Positions 53,206 through 63,894 of a DNA stretch of 64,000 bases are shown in pieces (position 1 is the stretch's first letter; every line of letters begins with the position of its first letter). The position numbers were made by a program, and so were the translations under genes. Origin of the DNA: Spirochaetaceae bacterium (lineage in GTDB: Bacteria > Spirochaetota > Spirochaetia > DSM-2461); contig JAOPTT010000004.1 of assembly GCA_051531975.1 (NCBI GenBank), positions 128,001 through 192,000 on the forward strand, in the 5' to 3' direction. The notes below the pieces were generated by a model. The model saw only the letters and a list, made by a program, of their open reading frames with translations. It was not told the DNA's origin and searched no databases.

Positions 53206-53997
53206 ATGAATTATTTACAAGCTTTAATTTTAAGTGTTATACAAGGGATTGCAGAATTTCTTCCAATTTCAAGTTCGGGGCACCTGTTTATATTGCGACA
53301 TTTTATGGAGCTACAAGATGTTCCAGTGCTTTTTGATATATTACTTCACTTAGCTACTTTAGTAGTTATTTTTGTTGTTTTTAGAAAACGTATTTGGTCA
53401 CTAATTAAGGTTTTAACTGAGCTAAATAAATTAAAAACTGATAATGATGTAAAACAGAGATTTAATGTTATTTTATTAATCCTATTAACAACCTTTATTA
53501 CTGCAGTCATAGGTCTCTTTTTTAATAATATGGATATTCAAAATCCAAAAGTTGCTTACGCTTTATTTATTTTCACGGGAGCTTTTTTAATCGCAGGTAA
53601 ATATTTAAATGGTAAAACTCCATTTCAAGAAGCAGGACTAAAAAGTTCAATTTTAATTGGTATTTCCCAAGGTATTGGTGTATTACCAGGTGTTTCAAGA
53701 TCTGGAATTACAATAACTACTGGTATTTTCTCTGGTCTTAGTAGAGAAGCTGCTTCTGAGTACTCATTTATTATTGCTATTCCAGCTATATTAGGAGCAG
53801 TAATATTAGATATTGGTGATAGTGGGGAGCTTTTAAGTGTTGTTGCCCTTCCTGTTCTTATCTTTTCATTTGTTACAACAATGGTTGTTGGCTATTTCTC
53901 TTTGAAGTTGCTTTTAAAACTACTAAATTCTGGAAAATTTCATTTCTTTAGTTTTTATCTTATACCTATTGGGATTTTAGGGTTAATTTTAGGTTAA
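53206..53997 (+). CDS. uppP: Undecaprenyl-diphosphate phosphatase
   Basis: QGIAEFLPISSSGHL, PGVSRSGITI. Confidence 0.95.
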   Translation: MNYLQALILSVIQGIAEFLPISSSGHLFILRHFMELQDVPVLFDILLHLATLVVIFVVFRKRIWSLIKVLTELNKLKTDNDVKQRFNVILLILLTTFITAVIGLFFNNMDIQNPKVAYALFIFTGAFLIAGKYLNGKTPFQEAGLKSSILIGISQGIGVLPGVSRSGITITTGIFSGLSREAASEYSFIIAIPAILGAVILDIGDSGELLSVVALPVLIFSFVTTMVVGYFSLKLLLKLLNSGKFHFFSFYLIPIGILGLILG

Positions 53998-54040
53998 ATA
54001 TCCTTTTTATCTACCGATAAATATAAGAAGGAGAACTTAA

Positions 54041-56755
54041 TTGTTAAAGAAACAAGACATAATTGCTGCCTATTCATTGGTGATCATAGGTACTTTACAG
54101 CTTATATTATTATTATTAACTATATTAGGATTCAGAGGAGATATTTTTACTGCTCTATTATATAACTCCTTTCATATAGCTGCTGTTTATATTCCAGGAC
54201 TACTTTTTTTTGGTGCATATTTAATTGTAAAAAAACCTCTCGATAAGTTACTTTTTTTTAGCTCTATCGCCTCTATATTTATGTTTTTCCCAATTTCAAC
54301 CATATTGAAAATTCTGTTTTCAGATAAAAAAGATCCAGTAATCAATTTTTTTCATGAGCACTTTGATACTGCTAATAGTAACCTTGGTTCTGTTTTTATT
54401 TTATTAGGTATTACAGCAATATTAGCACTCTCTGCTAAAATTGTTATAAAAAGGCAATTAACTGAAGATGTTGAAGAAGATGAAGAATCTCCAATTCTGG
54501 ATGATATAACTGCTATGTCTACTAAGACAGATGAGTCAGCTATAGTTACTATCGCAAAAAATATTGATTCAAATTTTGCCTATGGTAATATCTACTCTGA
54601 AGTTGATCCAGATATTGATGATCTTAGTTCTGATAAAGATATATTAAATAGAGAAGAAACAGAATTTGAAAAAAACTCAATAAGTCCTGAAGAAGATTTT
54701 TTAGAAGAGTCTGATTTAGAAGAACCTGATTCAGAAGAAAGTTTAGGATTCCAGATCGATCAAATACGTAGTGAGATTAATGAGTATTATGTTAATGAAG
54801 AAAAAAAAGAGGAGATTGCCAAGAATATTCCTTTTGAGGAACCTATTTTTCCCGATAGTACAGAAGAGGTAGACATCGATGCATTAGACGCATCTAATAA
54901 CGCCTTATCTGACATGATTGAAACAGAATTAACAAAAGAAGAAAGTGATTACATTGATAGTTTTGATGAGTTTGAAACATTTAATGTTAATCAGGGTGTA
55001 ATTATGGAAGAGGATCCAGCTTTGGCTTTTCTTGCTGATGATTCAGAACATGACTACATTGATGAACCACCTATAACTGATGAGTGGTTTAGTAAGGATT
55101 TGGTGGCAGATGTTGAAATTGAACCAGAAGTTGAATCAGAAGTTGAATCAGAAGTTGAATCAGAACCGATAATTGAACTAGAACAGGTAATTGAATCAGA
55201 ACCGATAATTGACCCAGAAATAATACCAGAAATAATACCAGAAATTGAACCAGTAACCAGAGTTCTTGAACCTGAGGGAAAAACATATAGTCAAATTAAC
55301 CCAACATCAAATGATTATATTGTTCCTATAGAAGGAATTTTATCTTTAAAATCGGACCATTCATACGAAGAGATCGATGAAGCAACAAAAAGATCAGCAG
55401 CTATATTAGAACAAACTCTAGAAGAGTTTAATATAAAAGGTAAGGTCACAGGAATAAAAAAAGGTCCAGTTATTACTATGTTTGAACTACTTCCTGCACC
55501 AGGTGTTAAACTATCAAAAATTGTAAATCTTTCAGATAATATTGCTCTTGGACTAGCTGCATCTAATGTTAGGATTGTTGCTCCTATTCCAGGAAAACAT
55601 GCTGTTGGTATTGAGGTTCCAAATAAAAAAAGATCTATTGTAACTTTTAGTGAGTTAATCGATGCTAAAGAAGACTCTTATGATGATAGTGCCATTCCGA
55701 TTGTATTGGGTAAGAGTATAAATGGTGATAATAAAATAATTGATCTTGCAAAAACACCCCATTTATTAATAGCTGGAGCTACTGGGGCTGGTAAATCAGT
55801 ATGTGTTAACTCTTTAATATGTTCCATACTGTGTAAAAGATCTCATAACGATGTAAAGCTAATAATGGTTGATCCAAAAATTGTTGAGTTAAAATTATAT
55901 AATGGTATTCCTCATCTATTAACTCCTGTTATTACAGACCCAAAACGAGCATTTCAGGCAATTCAGTGGTGTCTTTTTGAAATGGAAAGACGATACGCTC
56001 TCTTAGACTCTATGGGTGTAAGAGATATTACAACCTATAACAAACGAATTAAAGAGCAGAATATAGCAACTACTAAGATCCCATATTTAGTGCTTATTGT
56101 AGATGAGTTTGCCGACTTAATGGCTACATCAGGTAAAGAACTGGAAGGTATATTAGCCCGTTTAGCAGCTATGAGTAGAGCTGTAGGGATACATTTAGTA
56201 TTAGCAACACAAAGACCATCAATAGATGTTATTACAGGTCTGATTAAGGCCAATTTCCCATCTAGAATTGCTTTTATGGTATCAAGTAAGACAGACTCAA
56301 GAATCATTTTAGATGGTATGGGAGCAGAGAAACTATTAGGTCGTGGAGATATGCTCTTTTCATCATCATGGGATCCATTTCCTGTTAGAATTCAGGGTTC
56401 ATTTTTATCTGATGAAGAGGTAGAAAGTGTTGTTGATTATGTTAAACAGCTTGGAGAACCAGATTATATTGACGATGAAATATTTATTGATGACGATGAA
56501 GAGGGTGAAGAAGAAACTGATAAATCATTTTTTGGTGATGACCCACTTTATAATAGAGCATTAGAAATTGTAATAACAGCAAAAAAGGCTTCAGCATCAT
56601 TTTTACAGCGGAGACTTAAGATTGGTTACAATAGAGCAGCTCGTCTGGTTGAAGAGATGGAAGAGAGAGGAATTATTGGGCCTCAAAATGGTAGTAAACC
56701 AAGAGATATCTTAAAAATACCAGATAGTCACAAAGAGGTGAGTGATTATGTATAA
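54041..56755 (+). CDS. ftsK: DNA translocase FtsK
   Basis: N-terminal TMs, acidic linker, PHLLIAGATGAGKS, VDEFADLM, ATQRPS, gamma domain LQRRLKIGYNRAAR. Confidence 0.95.
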   Translation: MLKKQDIIAAYSLVIIGTLQLILLLLTILGFRGDIFTALLYNSFHIAAVYIPGLLFFGAYLIVKKPLDKLLFFSSIASIFMFFPISTILKILFSDKKDPVINFFHEHFDTANSNLGSVFILLGITAILALSAKIVIKRQLTEDVEEDEESPILDDITAMSTKTDESAIVTIAKNIDSNFAYGNIYSEVDPDIDDLSSDKDILNREETEFEKNSISPEEDFLEESDLEEPDSEESLGFQIDQIRSEINEYYVNEEKKEEIAKNIPFEEPIFPDSTEEVDIDALDASNNALSDMIETELTKEESDYIDSFDEFETFNVNQGVIMEEDPALAFLADDSEHDYIDEPPITDEWFSKDLVADVEIEPEVESEVESEVESEPIIELEQVIESEPIIDPEIIPEIIPEIEPVTRVLEPEGKTYSQINPTSNDYIVPIEGILSLKSDHSYEEIDEATKRSAAILEQTLEEFNIKGKVTGIKKGPVITMFELLPAPGVKLSKIVNLSDNIALGLAASNVRIVAPIPGKHAVGIEVPNKKRSIVTFSELIDAKEDSYDDSAIPIVLGKSINGDNKIIDLAKTPHLLIAGATGAGKSVCVNSLICSILCKRSHNDVKLIMVDPKIVELKLYNGIPHLLTPVITDPKRAFQAIQWCLFEMERRYALLDSMGVRDITTYNKRIKEQNIATTKIPYLVLIVDEFADLMATSGKELEGILARLAAMSRAVGIHLVLATQRPSIDVITGLIKANFPSRIAFMVSSKTDSRIILDGMGAEKLLGRGDMLFSSSWDPFPVRIQGSFLSDEEVESVVDYVKQLGEPDYIDDEIFIDDDEEGEEETDKSFFGDDPLYNRALEIVITAKKASASFLQRRLKIGYNRAARLVEEMEERGIIGPQNGSKPRDILKIPDSHKEVSDYV
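55127..55249 (+). repeat. 12-bp coding tandem repeats in the FtsK linker
   Basis: GAAGTTGAATCA x3 (EVES) at 55127-55162; CCAGAAATAATA x2 (PEII) at 55214-55237. Confidence 0.8.
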
Positions 56756-57551
56756 TAAATATGAATTTTTTAACAACTCTATTAAAGTGACTGCTCATCG
56801 TGGGGATTCTAAATATTTCCCAGAGAACTCAATGCAGGCATTTCAAAGTGCTGTTGATCTTGGGGTTGATGTTATTGAAACAGATGTTCATATCAGTTCC
56901 GATGGAGTTGTATTTGTATGGCATGATGATAATTCCTTCAAATTAGATGGTAATACTGCTAATATTGCAACTAGAAGTTGGAGTGAATTAAAAGACCTAG
57001 ATCTAGGTTTTCTATTTGTTGATAATGATGGTAAAAGGCCATTTTCAAGTCAAGGTATTCGTTTAATGAAATTCATAGACGTATTAAAAATTTTTCCAAA
57101 AACTAGATTTAATGTAGATTTAAAAGATAAAAATAGTAAGCTTGTAACTGGTATGTTTAATATCTTAAAAGAAGAAAATGCCTTTAATCGAGTCGTAGTT
57201 GCATCTTTTCACACTGAAAATCTGAAAGCAATACGTAGAATGTCAAATAAAGTTGCAACATCTTATGGACGATCTGAAGTTCGACTTAGGGTTATTTTAT
57301 CAAATATAGGGCTTCTTAGAGCAGCTTCTAGATTTTTAGGAAGATCCCCAGTAATGCAGGTGCCTGTTATTTCTGGTTCTACTACCGTTATTACAAAGTA
57401 TTTTATTAAAGTCCTACATAAACGTGGAATAAAAGTACAAGTTTGGACCATAAATGAAGAAGATGAGATGCGACGATTATATAAAATGGGTGTTGATGGT
57501 GTTATGACCGATGATCCTAGATTATTACTTAGCGTCGTACAAAACCCATAG
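56742..57551 (+). CDS. Glycerophosphodiester phosphodiesterase
   Basis: AHRG..PENS, ETDVH, WHD, NVDLK, WTIN, GVDGVMTDDP. Confidence 0.9.
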   Translation: MIMYNKYEFFNNSIKVTAHRGDSKYFPENSMQAFQSAVDLGVDVIETDVHISSDGVVFVWHDDNSFKLDGNTANIATRSWSELKDLDLGFLFVDNDGKRPFSSQGIRLMKFIDVLKIFPKTRFNVDLKDKNSKLVTGMFNILKEENAFNRVVVASFHTENLKAIRRMSNKVATSYGRSEVRLRVILSNIGLLRAASRFLGRSPVMQVPVISGSTTVITKYFIKVLHKRGIKVQVWTINEEDEMRRLYKMGVDGVMTDDPRLLLSVVQNP

Positions 57552-58013
57552 ATCTATAAAGGTTTTATATGTAGACATTATTGATATTAACTCGAATTCT
57601 TCATCTATTATATTAACAGAACTTGTAACTAAATCCTCTGTTATAATTTTATAAAGAGCAGCACCATTATTATTTTTAAAATAATAGCTGTTCTTATAAA
57701 TAACTTTTCTGTTTTGTATAATGGTACCAGTAATTATTGTGGTATCTCCTCTGAAAGAACTATCTAGAAAATTAAAATATATAATTTTATCAGCTGGATA
57801 TTCAACTAGTGTAGGAATAGTTAAAAAGAAGAAATTAGGAGTAACATTCAGAGAAGTTCCATCAGATTTTAATTTAATATCTGAACTCCAAAACTCACTC
57901 TCCAAAATTTCTTGGCTTTTAGTTTGCGGGATTTGTTCAATTAGTTTAAAACCTATTTTAAATAACAAGATTCCAAATACAAATAAAACGATTAAAACTA
58001 ATTTGTTTTTCAT
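57525..58013 (-). CDS. Hypothetical membrane-anchored protein
   Basis: N-terminal hydrophobic helix; 4 nt downstream of the M48 gene. Confidence 0.5.
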   Translation of the reverse strand: MKNKLVLIVLFVFGILLFKIGFKLIEQIPQTKSQEILESEFWSSDIKLKSDGTSLNVTPNFFFLTIPTLVEYPADKIIYFNFLDSSFRGDTTIITGTIIQNRKVIYKNSYYFKNNNGAALYKIITEDLVTSSVNIIDEEFELISIMSTYKTFIDLWVLYDAK

Positions 58014-58017
58014 GAGT

Positions 58018-58716
58018 TTATTTTAGGAAGGAAAGAAGATAATAGCCAGCCTCTTGCAACATGTTTTTATGTTTTTTGAATTCAGGATCCAATGTTGCTA
58101 CTAAATTCCAAAATTTTGTGGAATGATCTAAATGTTTTAGATGGCATACTTCGTGGATTACTAGATATTCAATTAGTTTTATATCTGTTAAGATTACTTT
58201 CCAATTATAGTTAAGATTATTTTTTCCACTACAACTTCCCCATCTTGTTTTTTGCTCTTTTATGAAGATTTTATTGTATTCAAGTTTCATCATTATAGTA
58301 TACTTATCTGTTAAATTTGTTAGAATCTCTCTTGCCTGTTCTCGATACCATTTATTTAATAGTTTATTTTTATCATTAGTATTCTCTGGTAGAAGTAAAG
58401 AATTATTAACATTTTTTATTCCTCTTTTATGTGTCCCTTGTAATAACTGAAGTTTTTCTCCTAAAAAAGGAACTGTTGTCCCTATTTCTAATGAATATTG
58501 AATTTTATTGCTTTTTGCTCTAAGGAGTTTTGTATTTATCCATTCTGTCTGATTTGTTATGAATTTCTTGATATTAGACTGCAATAAAAATTTTGGGGCT
58601 CTAACTTCCATATCTCCTACAGTATTTATAGATAAAGTCATGCTTTTCCGGTTACTTCGTATTAAATTAATGGGTATTTGTTCGTCTTTATATAAAAAAT
58701 GTAGCTTTTTCTCCAT
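58018..58716 (-). CDS. YgjP/DUF45 (M48-like) metal-dependent hydrolase
   Basis: KTRWGSCS, YLVIHEVCHL..DHS.KFW. Confidence 0.9.
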   Translation of the reverse strand: MEKKLHFLYKDEQIPINLIRSNRKSMTLSINTVGDMEVRAPKFLLQSNIKKFITNQTEWINTKLLRAKSNKIQYSLEIGTTVPFLGEKLQLLQGTHKRGIKNVNNSLLLPENTNDKNKLLNKWYREQAREILTNLTDKYTIMMKLEYNKIFIKEQKTRWGSCSGKNNLNYNWKVILTDIKLIEYLVIHEVCHLKHLDHSTKFWNLVATLDPEFKKHKNMLQEAGYYLLSFLK

Positions 58717-58802
58717 GTTGGGATCCTATCTTTTATTCGACGAAACCTCAATATAAAATCAAAGCTTGCTATAAACTTGGAAGGTATAGTATAATTCCGG
58801 CA

Positions 58803-60284
58803 ATGCGAAAGAATGAAAATCTCAGCACAATATTAAATATGCTGGGCACTCTAACCTTAGTTATGGGGGGGTTACTTTTACTCCCAATATTTTTTGCCAT
58901 AGGTATTAAAGAGTATTCCTTAATCGACTCATTTTTAATCTCTTCTGGTATAGCTTTAATAGTAGGAGCAATCTTAAGATTCTCATTTAAACATTATAGA
59001 ATTGATTTTAAAGGTAGTATGTTAATATGTGGATTAGCTTGGGTTCAGTTATGTATCTTTGCAGCTTTACCATTCTTTTTTGAGACTGGAAAATCTTTCC
59101 TGGATTGTTATTTTGAGACGGTTAGTGGTTTTACAACTACTGGAATAACCATATATACAAATATTGAATCATTAGATAAAACAATAATTTTATGGAGAAG
59201 TTTTACTCAATGGTTAGGTGGACTTGGAATAATTACATTTTTCCTAGCTATAGCTGCAAACTCAGGTAGTGGCTTTTCTCATCTACTTTCCGCGGAATCT
59301 CATAAAATTGACTCTGCAAGATTAACTCCTAGTGTAAAAAAAACAGCAATGATTTTATGGGGTGTTTATATAGGTATTTCTATATTTCAGATCATAACAT
59401 TAAAACTATTAGGAATGTCATTTTTTGATTCTGTTAACCATACTATGACTGCACTTTCTACTGGTGGATTCTCCCCCTATGATTCTAGTATTAATCATTT
59501 CAGATTAGCTGGATATAAAAACTATAAACAGATTGAGTACGCTTTAACATTTTTTATGTTTTTAGGTGGAATGAACTTTGTCCTTCACTTTAAATTCTTA
59601 AAAGGTCATTTTAAAGAGTTTTTTACAAATAGAGAACTTCAAACATATTTTCTTATTGTATTAGTAACTACGCTATTAATTATAGCTAATATATTTTTCA
59701 GATCTATAAATCCAAATTCACTAGACCCAGAAGAGAGTTTTAGAAGATCAATATTTACTGTTGTATCTATTTTAACTACTACAGGATTTGGAACCGAAGA
59801 TATAAACTCCCTCTATTTCCCAGCTTTTGCTAAGCAGGTGTTCCTATTACTTATGGTTGTTGGTGGCTGTATCGGATCTACAGCTGGTGGTATTAAAGTA
59901 CAAAGGGTAATTATTTTATGGCGGTTATTTCTTAGGCAGATTAAAAGACTTAGACTACCTAGAACCGCACTTTCATATGTAAAATATCAAGGAGTTCTTG
60001 TCAGTCTAGATGAACTACAAAGAATTGCTGGACTGTTTACAGGTTGGTTAATATTTTTAGCTTTTGGTGGTTTTATAACTGCATTTTTTACAGATTTAAG
60101 TGGATGGGCCGCTTTTTCTGGAATGTTCTCTGCAATGGGAAATATTGGTCCATGTTTTTTTAGTGTTGATACAATGTCTAATTTACCAGCTGTGGTAAAG
60201 ATAACTTATATAATTGGAATGTTAGCTGGTAGACTTGAAATTCTACCAATACTTTTAATCTTTAGCCGAAGAGCTTGGAGATAA
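58803..60284 (+). CDS. trkH: Trk potassium uptake membrane protein
   Basis: FETVSGFTTTG, QWLGGLG, STGGFS, TTTGF, GGCIGSTAGGIK, GRLE. Confidence 0.93.
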   Translation: MRKNENLSTILNMLGTLTLVMGGLLLLPIFFAIGIKEYSLIDSFLISSGIALIVGAILRFSFKHYRIDFKGSMLICGLAWVQLCIFAALPFFFETGKSFLDCYFETVSGFTTTGITIYTNIESLDKTIILWRSFTQWLGGLGIITFFLAIAANSGSGFSHLLSAESHKIDSARLTPSVKKTAMILWGVYIGISIFQIITLKLLGMSFFDSVNHTMTALSTGGFSPYDSSINHFRLAGYKNYKQIEYALTFFMFLGGMNFVLHFKFLKGHFKEFFTNRELQTYFLIVLVTTLLIIANIFFRSINPNSLDPEESFRRSIFTVVSILTTTGFGTEDINSLYFPAFAKQVFLLLMVVGGCIGSTAGGIKVQRVIILWRLFLRQIKRLRLPRTALSYVKYQGVLVSLDELQRIAGLFTGWLIFLAFGGFITAFFTDLSGWAAFSGMFSAMGNIGPCFFSVDTMSNLPAVVKITYIIGMLAGRLEILPILLIFSRRAWR

Positions 60285-60306
60285 AGGTAAACTTAAGGAG
60301 TTTGAT

Positions 60307-60972
60307 TTGTATATTTTAATTGCTGGTGGTGGTTTAGTTGGTAAAGGTCTTGCAAAGACTTTAACTTCAGGGAAACATGATGTTGTAATAATTGATAGTA
60401 ATGCTGAAGTATGTAGAGAGTTATATTCATCTACAGGGGCTGTTACAGTTACTGGAAGTGCCACAGATTTAAATGTATTAGAAGATGCAGGTATCGACAA
60501 GGCGGATGTTTGTATCGGTGTACTAGATAATGATTCTGACAATATCTCATTTGCACTTTTAGCTAAATTTAAGAAGATAAAACAAGTCCAGGTTCAGATG
60601 ATTGATCCTAAATATGAAGATGTATATAAAAGTATTGGAATAGAGCATATCGCAAGGGCTACAGAGTTATTAATTGATCAATTAATTGTTAGTATTGAAA
60701 GTCCTGATCTTAGGAAACTTATAGGATTTGGAGAACTTGAACTCTGTATAATTAATGTCCCTATTGGTTCTATAATATCAGATCTATCAGTTATTCAATT
60801 TAAAGAAGTAAAAGGTATACCTGAAGATCTAAATATTACATGTATCTATGATGGAGATTCTGGAGAACTTATTTTGCCTAATAAAGATACTATAATTAAA
60901 GGTAATGATAGATTGTTTATTTGTGGAACCAGGCAAAACCTTAAACTAACAGCTAAGATAATAAACAAATAG
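60307..60972 (+). CDS. trkA: TrkA family potassium uptake NAD-binding subunit
   Basis: IAGGGLVG, LEDAGIDKAD RCK-N domain and an RCK-C tail. Confidence 0.88.
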   Translation: MYILIAGGGLVGKGLAKTLTSGKHDVVIIDSNAEVCRELYSSTGAVTVTGSATDLNVLEDAGIDKADVCIGVLDNDSDNISFALLAKFKKIKQVQVQMIDPKYEDVYKSIGIEHIARATELLIDQLIVSIESPDLRKLIGFGELELCIINVPIGSIISDLSVIQFKEVKGIPEDLNITCIYDGDSGELILPNKDTIIKGNDRLFICGTRQNLKLTAKIINK

Positions 60973-60974
60973 TA

Positions 60975-61736
60975 TTATTCTTGTTTGTTTTTATTAAAAT
61001 ATGCACCAGAAATATTAGCTAGTTCAGAATTTGTAGCAAGATTGATTGAAGGTTTTGCTCCATCTTGTGCATTTGGTAATATCTTATACAAAAGTTTATT
61101 TAACCAAGTAGGGTAGTCTCTAAATACTTCCGATGCTATAACTCCAGGGTGAACACTGTTAACAGTTATATTAGTATCTTTTAGTGTTTCTGCTAGCTCT
61201 TTTGTATAATTAACTACTGCAAGTTTACTGTTTGCATATTGTTGGAATCCTCTATATTTTTTAGGTGGAATTAATACGTCTTTTATCTCTTTTCCTTTTT
61301 TATGAACCATAGATGAAACATTTATTATTCTGCCTTGCTCTGATATCTTTAACAGTGGTAGAAGATTCTCAGACATATATTTGGGAGCTAAATAGTTTAC
61401 AGCTATATTCATCTCAATTCCTACTGAATTAAGTTCTAATTCCGAATTAAATAATCCAGCATTGTTTATTAGAACATCCACCCTGTCTACTGATAATGAT
61501 ATCTTATCTGTTGCGCTTTTAATTTCATCCTTGTTACTAAGATCAGCAAATATCATTGAGATCTCTTTGTTTTGTGACTCACAAATTATATCTGTTAATG
61601 ATTCTTTAGATTTATGGCTATCTCTGTTTATTAAAATAAGTTTATGACCTAGTTTTGCTAAACCAATAGCAGTCTCTTTACCTATTCCTGAACTTGTTCC
61701 TGTTATCACAATTATTTTTTTCATATTTTTTCCCAT
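60975..61736 (-). CDS. Short-chain dehydrogenase/reductase (retinol dehydrogenase-like)
   Basis: TGTSSGIG, LINNAG, NVSS, YANSK, HPG; start likely ATG 61736 or 61724. Confidence 0.9.
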   Translation of the reverse strand: MGKNMKKIIVITGTSSGIGKETAIGLAKLGHKLILINRDSHKSKESLTDIICESQNKEISMIFADLSNKDEIKSATDKISLSVDRVDVLINNAGLFNSELELNSVGIEMNIAVNYLAPKYMSENLLPLLKISEQGRIINVSSMVHKKGKEIKDVLIPPKKYRGFQQYANSKLAVVNYTKELAETLKDTNITVNSVHPGVIASEVFRDYPTWLNKLLYKILPNAQDGAKPSINLATNSELANISGAYFNKNKQE

Positions 61737-61737
61737 T

Positions 61738-62367
61738 TCAGTAAAATTCAACACGGTTTTTTCCATTCTTTTTGGCTTTTAACAGTGCTTTATCAGCTCT
61801 TAGTATTACAGTAATTTCATCATCATCTTCTAAAGAAAGTGTTACCCCCAAAGATGCAGTAACAGGACCAACAACATTTAATTTAAGTGTTTCTATAGCT
61901 ATCCTTAGTTTTTCTGCAAGAAGTAAAACGGTTTTTTTATCAGTTTGAGAGTATATTATTAGAAACTTATCTCCACGCCAACGACCTATTATATCAATTT
62001 TACGTGTATTGTGTTTAATTAGAACTGATAATTCTGTTAGAACATAGTCCCCTAATCGAGTTGTATTTTCACTATTTATATTCTTGATAGAGTCGACACC
62101 GATTAACACGACCCCCATAGGTTTATGAGATCTTTTTATTCTTGCAAGTTCATGCTGTAATTCCGAATCTAATTTGTGCCAATTGTATATATCTGTTAAC
62201 GGGTCAATAATTGCAAGTTTTTTTAGTTCTTCTGATTTATTATACACTTCTGTATTTAATAACTTTATTTCATTCTGTAAACCCTGCATTTTGTTATTAA
62301 TAGCAACAATAATTATTGTTAATACAATGATTATCACTACAGCTATAATTAGAATTATTATAGTCAA
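61738..62367 (-). CDS. Membrane-anchored GGDEF-domain protein with degenerate active site
   Basis: TM plus coiled coil; DPLTDIYN, GRWRGDKF in place of GGDEF, RADKAL..AK..GKNR. Confidence 0.8.
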   Translation of the reverse strand: MTIIILIIAVVIIIVLTIIIVAINNKMQGLQNEIKLLNTEVYNKSEELKKLAIIDPLTDIYNWHKLDSELQHELARIKRSHKPMGVVLIGVDSIKNINSENTTRLGDYVLTELSVLIKHNTRKIDIIGRWRGDKFLIIYSQTDKKTVLLLAEKLRIAIETLKLNVVGPVTASLGVTLSLEDDDEITVILRADKALLKAKKNGKNRVEFY

Positions 62368-62388
62368 TTAATTCTCCTTGATTTAAGT

Positions 62389-63894
62389 TTAGACATTCTC
62401 ATATCTAATTCTACCATATTCTTTATCAAGGGAGAACTTTACTCTGCTTAGCTTCTGTTCAACCTGATACCGCATATGGCAAATCTCTATTGTTGTTCCT
62501 GGAAATATTGTTCCATGAACGATTAATAAACTGGTGTCATTTTTGTCTAATCTAACCAACAAACTTCTAGAAAAATTATTTAAACTGTTTAATTTGTTTT
62601 TTAGTGATAGATATGCATATTTTATCTTATTTTTCTCTATTCTGCTATAATCTTTGTTCAAGAGTTTCTGTATTTTCTCTATCTCTTTATTAATTTCCTT
62701 AGTCGCTACTTGTACTTTGGCTAATTTTTCTTTTATTTGGAAGTCTATTCCCAAAATTATTTTAGTTTCAACTTCATGCTCATTGCCTATGTTTCCTGCG
62801 ATGATCCCGTTTTGAGAACATATTTCACCACCAACAATTGTTGCCTTTTTATCTAATAATATCCGGTCCGAGCTATAAATGAACGAGCTTAGAACCCCTC
62901 GTAATATGTTTATTGAACCAAAACTTTTAATGTATGCATGTTCTATATGAGCGGTTGTAACAATACCTTTACATTCAATTAAGTGATTTTTTGAACCTAT
63001 AATACCTTCCTCAACTGTTAGATTATGTCCACAACTTATATCTGCTGGTTCAATACAACCCTTAACAATTATGTCACCACCTGAAATAACAGAAAATCCT
63101 TCTCGAACTGTTTTTGTTATATTTATATCACCTTTATATTCAATATCTCCCGTGTGATAATCTACATCAGTTTCAACTGTTAATAGAGGGTCTATAGTTA
63201 TTATATTTCCTTTTATAATTTTGTATGTCCCATCAATTTCAGAGTATAGATGGTTGTTGTCTATGTATATATTTTCACCGATTTTTAAAATATTTATTGT
63301 TTTTTTAGGACAAGGAATCTCTATTTTCTCTAAGTTTAAACCTGGGTTCCCTTTTACTTCAGGAATCATCTCTCCTAAGAATTCCCCTTTTTGAATAATA
63401 ATAAAGGATTGTACACAGTGATAATTTACCTGCCCTGAATTTGTAAATGTTGGTTTAAATGTGGCAAAGAGACTCTCTTTTAAGATTATATGTCCAGGAA
63501 TTTTAAACTCAACTGGTCTACCAGACGCAATTTTTACTTCTGGAATAATTTCTCCGTCAAACATGATTCTATCATATGTATTTCTTATAATATCCCAGTC
63601 AACTACTGAATCTAAATAACTTCCCCATTGTAATATTTCATCTTTTATATTTTCTATGCTTATTTCAAAACTTGAGTTTACTGGAGCTTTTAACAACATA
63701 AAGAAACCCATTTTCATGGAGTCCATACGAAACTTTAAAGATCCTGGAGATTCTATTTCTTCTTCGAAACTGTGTTCTATTTCTGAATTATAGAATCCTT
63801 CGCTTTTTATTTCGTTGTCCAATTCTGAGTCTTCTAATAACTTGTTCGTCCGATCTAAATTTTCAGTAATTTGAATACTTTTTTTATCAGTCAT
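62389..63894 (-). CDS. FapA/DUF342 family protein
   Basis: GQVNY, DVDYHTGDIEYKGDI.I...V.EGF, GGEI, GTIFPGT.IEI. Confidence 0.85.
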   Translation of the reverse strand: MTDKKSIQITENLDRTNKLLEDSELDNEIKSEGFYNSEIEHSFEEEIESPGSLKFRMDSMKMGFFMLLKAPVNSSFEISIENIKDEILQWGSYLDSVVDWDIIRNTYDRIMFDGEIIPEVKIASGRPVEFKIPGHIILKESLFATFKPTFTNSGQVNYHCVQSFIIIQKGEFLGEMIPEVKGNPGLNLEKIEIPCPKKTINILKIGENIYIDNNHLYSEIDGTYKIIKGNIITIDPLLTVETDVDYHTGDIEYKGDINITKTVREGFSVISGGDIIVKGCIEPADISCGHNLTVEEGIIGSKNHLIECKGIVTTAHIEHAYIKSFGSINILRGVLSSFIYSSDRILLDKKATIVGGEICSQNGIIAGNIGNEHEVETKIILGIDFQIKEKLAKVQVATKEINKEIEKIQKLLNKDYSRIEKNKIKYAYLSLKNKLNSLNNFSRSLLVRLDKNDTSLLIVHGTIFPGTTIEICHMRYQVEQKLSRVKFSLDKEYGRIRYENV

